Below, piece by piece: positions 40,847 to 54,030 of a stretch of DNA of 64,000 nucleotides. The number at the start of each line of letters is the position of its first letter. Positions within the stretch are counted from its first letter, which is position 1. A program made the position numbers and the translations under genes. The notes beneath the pieces were generated by a model. The model worked only from the letters and a program-made list of their open reading frames with translations. It had not been told where the DNA came from and did not search any database. Origin of the DNA: Octopus sinensis (Eukaryota). The DNA is taken from contig NC_043015.1 in NCBI RefSeq assembly GCF_006345805.1, positions 49,352,001-49,416,000 of the forward strand, in the 5' to 3' direction.

Positions 40847-41953
40847 TCAACTCTGTGCCACACAAAAGGCTTATGGTGAAACTCTCTGCAATGGGTGTGG
40901 GGGATGACCTTTTTAACTGGTTGAAATCCTTCATCCTCAGCCGAAAGGAGGTAGTCACAGTTCTAGGACAGCACTCTACACCATATGAGATGTCATCGGG
41001 TGTACCACAGGGATCTGTCCTTGGTCCCCTCTTGTTTGTGGCATACATTAACGACATAGATGCCAATTTAAAGAATGCCACAGTATTGAAATATGCAGAC
41101 GACATCAAGCTGTACCTTCAAATCAAGAGGACAGATCCTGATGTCTACAACTCTTTCCTGCAATCAGACCTAGACACAATGCAGCAATGGATCACAGACT
41201 GGCAACTGAAACTGGCTGTGGACAAGTGTACCACCATGCATTTTGGGAGAAAAAACCCTGCGTTCACATACTCCCTCCACAACACTGATATCAAGAAATC
41301 CTCTTGCGAGCGTGACCTAGGCATCACTGTCAGCAGTGATTTGCGTTGGTCAAAGCATATCTCTAAGACTGTCAGGAAGGCCGAGGGTGTCTTGGCATCA
41401 CTCAGCAGGTCTTTTGTTAGCCGCTCTCCAGCCATCTATTTAAAACTGTATGCAGCTATGGTACGACCACACTTGGAATTCGCATCATCAGTTTGGAACC
41501 CCTATCTTGCACAGAACATTGACCTCCTGGAATCTGTCCAGAGACGTGCAACCAAACGCATACCCTCCATCAGACACCTACCATATTCTGAGCGCCTTGT
41601 TTCCCTGGGCATGGATTCACTGAAGCTCCGGCGTTTGGCGACGGACTTGGTAAACACCCACAAAGTTATCAACCACCTCACCAACAACAACACTGAACAC
41701 CTTTTTGATCTCCATGTGTCTAACACACGTGGACATGCCTACAAAGTCAGAAAACAATACAGCTCCCATGACTTTCGGAAACATTTTTTCACGCTCAGAG
41801 TTGCTGAAGCATGGAATAAACTGCCTGCGTCAGTTGTTGACTGCCATGACACTGCATCTTTTAAGGCCCTCATGCTTTCCGAAATCCGCCGAAACTACAC
41901 CTGATTATATATACACTTTAGATGAGTTGTAGTGCACCTGAGCACTGTACACA

Positions 41954-41980
<27 letters not shown>
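40847..41980 (+). mobile_element. 5'-truncated CR1-like LINE with an uninterrupted RT C-terminal frame ending at 41904
   Basis: SVPHKRL, GVPQGSVLGPLLF, YADD, RDLGI, RPHLEF, RGH..R..FF..RV..WN.LP motifs; (ATT)n tail. Confidence 0.93.
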
Positions 41981-41989
<9 letters not shown>

Positions 41990-41990
41990 T

Positions 41991-42215
41991 ATCTGTAAAT
42001 GTAATATGTGACAATTATTCGGTAGCCAAGATAAAACTGAGTTTTGGATGCTGGGGTGGAAATCCAGCCATCGGAAAAAATGCTTTATTTTTCATAGTAT
42101 TTTTTCCGATGGCCAGATAACTGAAGAGATGGCAGCGTGGATTTCCACCCTGGCATCCGAAACTTGGAGTTTTATCATGGGTGCCGAATAATTGTCACAT
42201 ATTACATTTACAGAT
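41991..42215. mobile_element. Foldback MITE with long TIRs
   Basis: ATCTGTAAATGTAATATGTGACAATTATTCGG and its exact inverse; nested internal palindrome. Confidence 0.8.
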
Positions 42216-42466
42216 AAATTTCTCTATTTACATAATATTGAGGTCTTTTTCATTCTTTTGTTGTCTTACCATTTTTATCAATATATATATATATATAAAA
42301 TGAGATAGGGGTTGTAAATTCAACCCTCCATGGGATAACATATATCCAATATACTGCTAGAGAGGTACCCAACAAAACTAATACATAAATGTTAAAAATT
42401 GCGGTGCAATTAATTCATCTACTGTATTATGTGGGCAAGGGTAAAATTATTACCGTAAATTAATAA

Positions 42467-42697
42467 TACAAAATGAGAAAATGGAGAAACATACCTAAAT
42501 CAATCATCCACGGCCGAAACAGCTGTCAGCTACAATGTAAATGTATTTTCTATTTCTATTTCTATGTCTTGTTATATTTGTAATATATCATGTATAATGT
42601 CATTGCTGTTGTGTAATGGTTTAATAAAGTATTGATTGGGTATTATCGGATGGTTGATGATTGATTTAGGTATGTTTCTCCATTTTCTCATTTTGTA
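42467..42697 (+). mobile_element. Penelope-like terminal fragment with an inverted 42-bp end
   Basis: Perfect 42-bp inverted repeat; GGCCGAAACAGCTGTC half-hammerhead inside. Confidence 0.5.
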
Positions 42698-42719
42698 TAT
42701 ATATATATATATATATATA

Positions 42720-42971
42720 TTGGGTTGGTGCATAATTATTGTGGCTTTTTTTCAACAAATTTTATTCAACAAAAACAATAACAATATTTAACAAAAACAT
42801 CTCTTAATGATGGTCTGACTGTCTGCCAAGCAAATGGGAAGCAGTAATTGAAGTAGATGGTGAATATGCTCCAGAATAATCATTTAAAGATGTTTTTGTT
42901 ACATGTTGTTATTGTTTTTATTGAATTAAATTTGTTGAAAAAAAGCCGCAATAATTATGCACCAACCCAAT
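42720..42971. mobile_element. Mariner-type MITE
   Basis: TA|TTGGGTTGGTGCATAATTATTG ... CAATAATTATGCACCAACCCAA|TA. Confidence 0.8.
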
Positions 42972-43484
42972 ATATATTAATGTACCGGCACATGCTGGTG
43001 GCACATTAAAAACAACATTTGAGCATGGTCATTGCCAGTGCCACCGGACTGGCCCTCATGCTGGTGGCACATTAAAAACAACATTTGAGCATGGTCATTG
43101 CCAGTGCCACCGGACTGGCTGCCGTGCAGGTAGCACGTAAAGATACCCTTTAAGCATGGTCACTGCCAGTACCGCCTGACTGGCCCTCATGCCGGTGACA
43201 CATAAAGCACCCACTACACTCTCAGAGTGGTTGGTGTTAGGAAGGACATCCAGCTGTGGAAACTTTGCCAGATCAGATTGGGGCCTGGTGCAGCCATCTG
43301 ACTCACCAGTCCTCAGTCAAACCGTCCAACCCATGCCAGCATGGAAAGCGGACGTAAAACAATGATGATGATGATGAATAGTCTTTGTATGTGGCAAATA
43401 TGCAGGGACAATAAGCACTAAATATGCACTAAAAATAGATTCACTCAAATGCTTGGAGGATCATAAGAAGTAGTAGATAGCTTC

Positions 43485-44580
43485 TCTTACCAAGGAGACC
43501 AAGTTAGCAGTGGTGGAAGAAGTTCTGAAAGAGTAGTTGCTAGAATAAGAATGGGCTGGGCAAAGTTCTGAGAGCTTCTACCTATGTTGGTAACTAAGGG
43601 CCTCTCCCTTAGAGTGAAAGACAGGGCCATTGCTAAGCCCCTACAACCCCTGCAGTCACAGGGGGCCTCGGCGGTTGAGGGACCCCATGTTAAGATCAAA
43701 GTACATAGATGAGTCATCTGTTTACTTTGGTTAAGATGTTGAACAAGAATTAAACTATTTGTAAGAGACCTAAATAAATTTGATTTGTACTTTTCAAGAT
43801 GTTCTCTAGGATAACATGAAATATTGAACTTCAGATAGAATAAACTAAAATATAGCTATGAATAAAAGGTGTGTAGATTATGAATTTTGATTGAAGGTAT
43901 GGGGCCTTGAAGCAAAAGGTTGCAGAAGGCCTCTAAAAATCACATGATAAAGCTGGGCAGATTGTATGATGCATGTGCGCGTACAGCTATGCTACATGGC
44001 AGTGAAACATGGGCTCTGACTACAGAGGACATGTGAAGGCTTGAAAGAAATGAAGCTATCATGCGCTGCTGGATGGGTAATGTCGGTGTGTACATATGAC
44101 AGAGGGTAAATGATTTAAGGGGAAAGCTGGGTATAAGAGGTATCGGATGTTGTGTGCAAGAGAGAAAACTGTGCTTGTTTGGTTATACAATGCACATGGA
44201 TAAGGAGAGCAGCATTAAGAAATCCCGAGCTCTAACTGTGGAGGGTATCTGTGGAAGAGGTAGACCCAGGAAAACATGGATAGGACAAAGTGGTGAGAAA
44301 GGATTTTTGGACACTGGGCCTCACTGAAAAAATGACAAGGGACCGGGAGAGGTGGTGATTAGCTGTACTTGATAAGACACGTGAAGCTAAGCAAAAGTTT
44401 CTGTCATCCATACATACAAGCTTGTCCATGCAGGTTGATCTTTCGAATCAGTGGTCACATAGAAAAAAACACCTGTGCTGGTGCTGCATAAATGCCCCCG
44501 TACCAGTGGCACATAAAAAGCACCCAGCAAAGTCTGTTATGTGGTTGGTTTTAGGAAGGGCACCCAGCCATAGAAACCAT
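43485..44580 (+). pseudogene. Interrupted RTE-clade LINE fragment
   Basis: GGGSSESVVARIRMGWAKF, KGLSLRVK, AMLHGSETW; unrelated insert at about 43625-43940. Confidence 0.8.
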
Positions 44581-44598
44581 GCCACATGGTTTGTTAAT

Positions 44599-45015
44599 TA
44601 AGGTGGCGAGCTGGCAGAAACGTTAGCATGTCAGGCGAAATGCTTAGCGGTATTTCGTCTGCCGCTACGTTCTAAGTTCAAATTCTGCCGAGGTCGACTT
44701 TGCCTTTCATCCTTTCGGGGTTGATAAATTAAGTACCAGTTACGCACTGGGGTTGATGTAATCAACTTAATCTCTTTGTCTGTCCTTGTTTGTTCCCTCT
44801 ATGTTTAGCCCCTTATGGGTAATAAAGAAATAGGTATTTCGTTTGTTCTGAGTTCTGAGTTCAAATTCCACCGAGGTCGACTTTGCCTTACATCCTTTCG
44901 GGGTCGATAAATTAAGTACCAGTTACGCACTGGGGTTGATGTAATTGACTTAATCTTTTTGTCTGTCCTTGTTTGTCCCCTCTGTGTTTAGCCCCTTGTG
45001 GGCAATAAAGAAATA
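44599..45015 (+). mobile_element. Tandem SINE family B (full plus 5'-truncated copy)
   Basis: 44599-44833 and 44845-45015. Confidence 0.88.
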
Positions 45016-45130
45016 AGACGCTATAGTAGAAGACACTTGTCCAAGGTGTCACACAGTGGGACTGGAATCAGAATCATGTGTTTTGGAAGTAAACCTATTA
45101 TCACACAGAAATGCCTGCGCCTATGTATGC

Positions 45131-45242
<112 letters not shown>

Positions 45243-45337
45243 GGGAGAGAATTCACAAAAAAAACAAGCATAAGAAGAAGACAGGTGTGGTAGACAACAA
45301 ACAGATGTATTAGTATAATGCTCGGGAAGTGAAAAAG

Positions 45338-45375
45338 TCTTTAACGTTTCGAGCCTACGCTCTTCCACAGAAAGA
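45338..45375 (-). ncRNA. Minimal type I hammerhead-like motif (core variant)
   Basis: TCTTT-CTGTGGA-A-GAGC(GTAG)GCTC-GAAAC-GTT-AAAGA. Confidence 0.5.
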
Positions 45376-45899
45376 AATAAGAAGAGAAAGTAAAGAATGT
45401 GTAGTGGCTAGCGACCTATCATGGTGAATGCCGGACAGAAGGGTCACACAGGGGGTGTGTGTGTACGTCAGGCTTATGGTTTCCGTCAACAAAATCCACT
45501 TTCAAGGCTTTAGTTCGCCTGGGGCCATAGTAGAGGACACATGCTGAAGGTGCCATATAGTCATTAGCGTAGAAGGTGGGGATCAGAGGGGGCGGTACTT
45601 TTATGGGGGTGGTACTTTTATGGGGGCGGCACCACTTTTGGGTCTGCTGTAGGTATTATGTATTTTTTTGTGGAGGCCCCCGGAGGTGGAAAACTGAAGG
45701 GCCACCCCGGGTAGCACATACTCTAGCTCCGCTAGTACATGCAGTTTGATTGAAACCAAAACTATGTGGTTGGGAAGTGAAAGGTTCAAGCATAGAAACA
45801 CATACACATACACGTCGGTCATGTCGAACCGTCCGATCCAAGCCAGTGTGAAGAAGAGATGTTAATGGCGCTATACATAGACACGCCCACACACACATG

Positions 45900-46042
45900 C
45901 GTGTATCCATCAAAACATCCATCCATACATACATCATACATACATACATCATACATACATACATGCATACATACATACATCATACATACATACATACATA
46001 CATACATACATACATACATACATACATACATACATTCATACA

Positions 46043-46076
<34 letters not shown>

Positions 46077-46722
46077 CATACATACATACATTCATACATA
46101 CATACATACATACATACATACATACATACATACATACATTCATACATACATACATGCATACATACATACATACATGCATGCATACATACATACATGCATG
46201 CATACATACATACATACATACATACATACATACATCATACATACATACATCATACATACATACATGCATACATACATCATACATACATACATGCATACAT
46301 ACATGCATGCATACATACATACATACATCATACATACATACATACATACATACATACATACATACATCATACATACATACATTCATACATACATACATAC
46401 ATACATACATACATACATGCATACATACATCATACATACATACATGCATACATACATACATACATACATCATACATACATACATGCATACATGCATACAT
46501 CATATATCATACATACATACATGCATGCATACATACATACATACATCATACATACATACATCCATCCACACATACATACATGCATACATACATACATACA
46601 TCATACATGCATACATCCATCCACACATACACATACATACATACATACATACATACATCATACATGCATACATCCATCCACACATACATACATACATACA
46701 TACATACATGCATACATACATA
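45900..46722. repeat. ~820-bp (CATA)n microsatellite
   Basis: Direct reading. Confidence 0.95.
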
Positions 46723-46857
46723 CCCATTAAAAATGTCTTAAAAAAACTTTATTACAGGTTTTATTCACGCGTCACTTACCTACAACCCCATTCTGGAATA
46801 ACCCATTAAAACATCCTTCCTATCTAAAAATCCACATCCTATCTTCAGATATGCCGG

Positions 46858-47108
46858 GATACTACTTAAGAAGAGTGGTCCCGGTGCGCGCACTCGCGCA
46901 TCCGCGTTAGCTAGTCGAGACCAGTCGATCCTTACTTTGTATTTTTGCTTTATTTACTTTGTTTAAAAAATTATTTACTTTGTGTAAAAAAAATGATTTA
47001 TTTTGTGTTTTATTTACTTTGCTAGGTAGTCGTTGTAGGATCGATTAGTCACGACTAGCTAGCGCGGATACGCGAGTGCGCGCACCGGGACCAATCTTAA
47101 GTAGTACC
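46858..47108. mobile_element. Merlin-like MITE, family M2
   Basis: ~60-bp TIRs G(G/A)TACTACTTAAG...; 8-bp TSD TATGCCGG/TATGCTGG. Confidence 0.7.
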
Positions 47109-47446
47109 TATGCTGGATTATATAAAACAAAAAACTTATCATATTTTCGATAACCATAACATACTTAACTTTAATATTTACAAGTAGAAATGGTTAAAGA
47201 AAAAAAAACCCGGAAAAAACAGCTTTTATTCAATGAGAAAGCATTTTTTTTTTGTATAGCTTGTTTAAAACATTAATCTATTATATTTCACTTTCAATAA
47301 CAACGAACAATAATCAAAAATACTAGGTCAGCAGAATTTTAATACTGAAAACTTATAAAGTTTTAATGGAAACAAAAGTGACTCACTCATTCTTCGCTGG
47401 CTCTTTCGTCCAACTGCAACACGAGCAGGGATTTTCTACAAATACC

Positions 47447-47672
47447 TATTTCTTTTCTACCCACAAGGGGCTAAACACAGAGAGGGGACAAACAAGGACA
47501 GACAAACGGATTAAGTCGATTACATTGACCCCAGTGTGCAACTGGTACTTAATTTATCGACCCCGAAAGGATAAAAGGCAAAGTCGACCTCGGCGGAATT
47601 TGAACTCAGAACGTAGCGGCAGACGAAATACCGCTGAGCATTTCGCCCGGCGTGCTAACGACTCTGCCACCT
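47447..47672 (-). mobile_element. SINE family B
   Basis: Full length, CpGs intact; a partial copy lies at 48394-48537. Confidence 0.9.
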
Positions 47673-47744
47673 TTCATATTGCGTTAGATTACAATTTACG
47701 ATGTAGGATTTTAATGTTTATACACACACACACACACATTATAT

Positions 47745-47852
<108 letters not shown>

Positions 47853-48618
47853 ATATTATATATATTATATATATTATATATATAAAGACAGGTAGCACTT
47901 TTACGCGGAACTTTTCATACAAGTGTAGGAAAATCGCCGGTTTTTCGTTTTTCTGTCTTTCGTTAATTGAAAACGGGTGGGGTGCGTATTCTTTCCTTCC
48001 GCCTAGTTTCTCATAAAAAAAAAAATAAAAAAGATCCAAGGAAAATATTTCACGCACTCACATAATCGAAAAAAATTATTTTTCACCACTGAATCCTCGA
48101 CTGTCTACTAACACTAAAATTACTTAAGAAAACTATAAATATTCCCAGATTTTAACATGACATGTCCCATGTCCCTGTGGCGTAGTGCATATTTTTTTTG
48201 GCGCCCCGTTTTCCTTAAAAATCTAAATTACCCTCGACTCCAACAAACACCACCAGTCTAATAAAGAAAGGAGCCGCCCCTGTGAAGTCCGTGCACTCTG
48301 CACACCCGAGTAGTAGTAACCCGTATAACTTAGTGCGAAACAGGCCTTCTCGCAGCAGGTTTTTCTAGGAACTGTTGAAACATAATATATACCTATTTCT
48401 TTATTACCCACAAGGGGCTAAACATAGAGGGGACAAACAAGGACAGACAAAGGTATTAAGTCGATTACATCGACCCCAGTGCACAACTGGTACTTAATTT
48501 ATCGACCCCGAAAGGATGAAAGGCAAAGTCGACCTCGATACCGTCAACGGGAAGTAAAAAAGTTGTAAATGTATAATTTGGTGTGAGTAAATTAGTTGTG
48601 AAGATAGTTTGTTATTGA

Positions 48619-48649
<31 letters not shown>

Positions 48650-49381
48650 CAGTGGAAGGCTCTGCAATAATCTAGAGTAACGTACTTGGATTGTATTTAC
48701 TTCTTTCTTCCTTTTTTCTTCCTCGCCATGTGTTTGTTTACAGGTCAAGTGTCATTTCTAAGTAAACAAACATCTTTATCCTAGTCGTATTGCTCCTGAC
48801 ACTAGACCAGTTGACATCGTAAATAATATCGATTTTTTAAATACACACACACACACACATATATATATATTTAAGATCTTAAGGAATTTAAGATCTTAAG
48901 CCTATATATATATATATATATAGGCTTAAGATCTTAAATTTTTGTAAATCACTATTTATTCTCCCACCCTGCCCACAGAAGGAATCGAATGGGAATCGAA
49001 ACCGGGTCGTTTGCAGAGCCCGCTGTATCAAATCAAACGTGTTTCTTTGATATTTAACCATCGTGTTGTTGATATGATAGAAAAAAAAAAGAAAAAACAC
49101 TTAGCGGTTCGGCAAAAAGAGACCGATAGAAGAAGTACTGGGCTTACAAAAGAATAAGTCCCAGGGTCGATTTGTTCGACTAAAGGCGGTGCTCCAGCAT
49201 GGCCACAGTCAAATGACTGAAACAAGTAAAAGAGTAAAAGAGTAAAAAAAAGTAGTTTATCATAATTAGAACATAAATTATTAACACAGTTGTAAATCAC
49301 GGGTTGATTACTGAAATATAAAAGGAAGGAAACATTGACAACAACAAACAGTGAAGAATAAAGTAGGAAGATTTCAATTAC

Positions 49382-49512
49382 CTTTGGCAATGCTGTTGGC
49401 TGGATTCGCTTGGGCAGTGTTCCAAAAAATGTGACGATCAAAGAAGAAAGACTACATATAAACGCACGACCGTTAAGAATAATTTTGTCTGTAAATGAAA
49501 AACTTCCGTTTT
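49382..49512 (-). other. Candidate first or 5' exon of an unidentified gene
   Basis: AAG|GTAATT donor at 49382/49381; CGGAAGT motif and TTTCATTTACAG upstream. Confidence 0.3.
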
Positions 49513-49859
49513 AGAGGTCTGTTTAATGAATTTTAGGTATCTGTCGGTTGTAAGTTGACACAATGACCGATACTTTGGGTACCAGGGGGGTACATTGTAA
49601 GGTGGTAATGAGGAGCGAAAAAAGATTGTGCGAAAAGGTGTAGGAGTTGGTCGGTCGAATGGATTTGTGACGACGAAAGATAGAGAGAGAGAGAAGAAGG
49701 GGGAAATAAATAAATAAATAAATAGAATCGAAGGACTTTGATAGGAAAAGAAGGAAAAGATATATGGAAGAGAGGAAAGGAAACAGAGAAGAATAACAGG
49801 TGTGAGTGGGAGGAGGAGAAGGGTGGGAATAAAGAGAAAGAGAAGGGACAGAGAGAGAA

Positions 49860-50515
49860 AGGAAGAAATAAGATATAAATGAAAGGAAGGGGAGATATAT
49901 AAATTTAGAGAGGAAAAGAGCGAGTGATATGATATGAAGGAGAGGGGAGACGATGCAAATTTAGAGAGGGTAAGAGAGATCAGGAGAGGGAAAGAAAGAT
50001 CAAGATATGAATGAGAGGGAGGGGAGACGTGAGTTTAGTTAGGAAAAGAGCGAGTAAGAAGATATGAATGAGAATAGGAGAAATTATACTTTTTTAGAGA
50101 GGTAGGAGAGATAAAGAGGGGGAAGAGAGAGATCGAGATATGAATGAGAGGGGGAGAAAATAAATATAGATGTAGAGTGAGAACGAGGAAATAGTGAGAT
50201 ATGAATGCGAGGGAGAGGGGATATGAATTTATAGAGAGAGGGGGAGAAAGAAAGATTATAAATGATAGAAGAGGAGGAGATATTAATTTAGAGAATGAAA
50301 AAAGAAAGGAAGATATGAACGAGAGAGGAGGAGATATAAGTTTAGAGAGAGGGAGAAGGAGATATGAACGAGAGAGGAGGAGATATAAGTTTAGAGAGAG
50401 GGAGGCGAAGATATGAACGAGAGAGGAGGAGATATAAGTTTAGAGAGAGGGAGACGAAGATATGAACGAGAGAGGAGGAGATATAAGTTTAGAGAGAGGG
50501 AGGCGAAGAGAGGCG
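49860..50515. repeat. GA-rich minisatellite, 49-bp period at its 3' end
   Basis: ATATGAACGAGAGAGG at 50313, 50362, 50411, 50460. Confidence 0.85.
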
Positions 50516-50864
50516 CCGACAGGGTTTTGTTACGTTGTTGCGGGACGTCTCGTTGAAAATGCCGACTCCACTCGCGCCATATAATATTACTAGATCTGCT
50601 TTTTTTTTTTCGTTCTTTCTCTCATTCTTTTCCATTCGATATTTCGTCCTTTGGTCACCAACTGTACTCATTTTTCTTCTTCTTCTTCTCGCTCTCATTC
50701 TTCCCATTTTTCTTTCTTTCTTTCTTTCTCTCTCTCTCTCTCATTTACATAACATTCTTGTTTCACTTTATTCTTTTGCAAATCAACTTTCACACGCCCG
50801 CACAAACAAATATACACACACGCACGCACGCACGCTCACACACACACACACACACACGCACACA

Positions 50865-50906
<42 letters not shown>

Positions 50907-50938
50907 GTCTCTCCCTCTCTCGTTATTTCTGTCTGTCC

Positions 50939-51009
<71 letters not shown>

Positions 51010-51034
51010 CGTCCGTCCGTCCGTCCGTCCGTCC

Positions 51035-51077
<43 letters not shown>

Positions 51078-51406
51078 CGTCCGTCGTCCGTCCGTCTGTC
51101 TATCTATCTATCTATCTATCTATCTAAATAACTATCCGATCGTCTGTCGATCCATCTGTTGCTGCTTTTCCTTTAAACTAATACTTGACACTTTCTTTCT
51201 TTTCTTTCTGTCCGAAATACTTCGTTTCTCTCCTTTTTTTTGTTCCTTTTCCCGCCACGCCATACTAACTAAGTCTCACATTTTCTCCTATCTCGCTCTC
51301 CCTCTCTGTCTAACTTTAACCCTTCCCTCTTATCTCTTCTCTCTTTCACTCCACTTCGCCAACAATCTCAAAACATTTAACATGCAAAATATAAACATAA
51401 ATTACG

Positions 51407-51841
51407 GGATCTTTTCGGTTTGATCGGCAGTTTTTTCTAGCGGTGTCATATAAAATTGTCACCCATAATTATGACCCTAGTATCGATCTATTGCATTTCA
51501 ATCTGTTTTAGAGTTAGGGTTAGGGTTAGGGTTATGGTTAGGGGTGGGGGAAGGGTATCTTTTCTTTCTTCACAAATGTAAATAAACCCAATCTGTTTCT
51601 TAAACGAGGGACATATTCATACGACACAGAATGCTTTTTAACTCAATAGACGTCATTGATTGGTTGAAATTGCAGAAATTGAAGAAAAAAACAACAAATA
51701 TCTTACAAACTATAGAATTTTCTCAATAAAGTCAAGAGAAAAAGATGTTTTATAAACACATTCTACCAGTATACGAAGTTTAAAAGTGTTTAGTTACGTG
51801 GAAATTATTTTAAAAAACTGCCGTTCAAACCGAAAAGATCC
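51407..51841. mobile_element. Merlin-like MITE family M1 with TTAGGG array
   Basis: GGATCTTTTCGGTTTGA..GGCAGTTTTT TIRs. Confidence 0.85.
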
Positions 51842-52012
51842 CTTCTCTCTTTCACTCCACTCCGTCAACATTCTCAAAGCATTTAACATGCAAAATATAA
51901 ACATAGATTAATTCAAAATAAGTGTAAGACAATTTCCTTACATCTTTCTCTCTCTCTTATACAAATATATTACACGCACGCACACACACAGGTACACATA
52001 TGACTGAAAGCG

Positions 52013-52044
<32 letters not shown>

Positions 52045-52529
52045 AGAGCAGAGAGGCATAACTGCAGTTTAGCGCCCCATCAAATTTTACAGATACATTT
52101 TGGAGGGTGTAGATTACAGTTATCTTACATCTCTTACTTGTTTCAGTCACTGGATTACGGCCATGCTGGTGCACCGCCTTAAACGGTTTTGGTCGAACAA
52201 ATCAACTCCGGCACGAGTTTTTTAAAAGTTTGATACTTATTCTATCGGTCGCTTTTTGCTGATTTTTTTTTTTACGGAAACGTAAACAAACCAACACAGG
52301 TTTTCACTCGGTGGATGGACACATTAAAACACACACACACACACATGCATCCATCCATCCATCCATCCATCCATCCAACCGTCCGTCCGTCCGTCCGTCC
52401 ATTCATTCATACATACATACATACATACATTCATACATACATACATACATACATACATACATACATACATACATACATACATACATGCATGCATGCATAC
52501 ATACATACATACATACATTCATATTTACA

Positions 52530-52790
52530 TGTGGAGGCACATGGCCTAGTGCTTAGAGCAGGAGACAGGCGGTTGATGGATCGCGGGTTCGAATCTTTGA
52601 CCGGGTGATGTGTGTATTTATGAGCGAAACACCGAAGCTCCAGCAGAAGGTTATGGTGAACGTCTGCTGGCTCTTTCATCACAACTTTCTTTCACTCTTT
52701 CCCCCTGCATCTTGCAGCTCACCTGCGACGGACCGGCGTCTCGTCCAGGTGGCTAACTTATACGCCAATGAAACTGGGGACAAACAACAT
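52530..52790 (+). mobile_element. SINE family C
   Basis: tRNA-like head with GGTTCGAATC. Confidence 0.7.
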
Positions 52791-53998
52791 ACATATATTT
52801 ACATGCATTATAGCATCTATGTGGAGGCGCGTGGCTTAGTGGTTAGGGTGTTGACTCATAATCGTAAGATTGCGATTTCAATTCTTGGACCGGGTGATGC
52901 GATGTGTTCTTGAGCTAAACACTTCATTTCACGTTGCTCCAGTCCAGTCACGGCAAAAATGAATAACTCTGCGACGGGCCCGCGTACTTTCAAAACCGGT
53001 ATACGTGCATATTTGGTTGATTTCATGATAACCTTTAAAACACAATCTGCAAGCTGCTGGCTTCACACACATGAGATTCTTTTCAGTCAAACTGGGATAG
53101 ATGCCATAAAGACAGGAGATGAATCTTAGTCTTCCAATCAAAATCAGATATATTCAAGTTGTTGTTTTAAACAATTACTCAGAAGTCGTTCCGGCGTATA
53201 TATCTGGTTTTGAAACTAAGCTCTTCTTAACACCACTGAAACCGGGAAACCGGCCCTCGCGACCCTGGCATGGCTCGAGAAGGAAACATCTATTATTATT
53301 TTATACGGTCTATAAGCAGAATCGTGGAGGCACATGGTTTAGTGGTTAGAGTAGCGGAGTTGCGGGTGAGGGATCGCAGGTTCGAATCTCCTTTAAATCA
53401 TACTCAACTGGTTTAGATAAGGAAAGAACTCATTAAATAATAGTCATATTGTTTGGGGTCACAGTTGGAATGTCTTTGATGTTAGGTTTGTTGGATTTTG
53501 GCTAGTCAGGGACTAAACAATAGTCCGAGGGCTATTTTATTCGGGTTCCACTGGGCATAAGTAACTGAGATCACAACAGTCTTCCTGAACGGGTCGATAG
53601 TCCATCGCAGGGTTACTCATTTGTTTCTGAACGGACTGGGGCAACGTGAAATGAAAGGTTTTTATTCAAGAACACGAAACACCGCCCTGTCCTGGAATCG
53701 AAACTATTATCTTACGATCTTGAGTACAACTCCCTAACCACTAAGCCATGCACCTTCAACGGAGCTAAACAAGGGTGCCGTCAAATGGCCGAGGCTTACT
53801 GTGCTCAGCGGCCTAAGAGACAGTTTGCTGGTCTCACCTTAATTAAGCAGGTGTGATAAGGGCAGGGCAAAAATTTTGCGACCTTTCAAACCTGCGCCAG
53901 GCGGTCAGGTGGGGGTGATGCTCCCAACCTTGTTTTCTCATGGTATTCGTATGGACACATTAGATAATGTAGTTCAAGATGGACTGTGTCTGAAGAAA

Positions 53999-54030
<32 letters not shown>

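Noticed and set aside
45859-46809. 316-aa and 277-aa ORFs
   Set aside because: Translations of the (CATA)n microsatellite; the same holds for the YI/HT/VC-rich ORFs throughout the window
50510-50530. GGCGCCGACAGGG resembling a tRNA-Lys primer-binding site
   Set aside because: Imperfect match and no adjacent LTR or gag-pol
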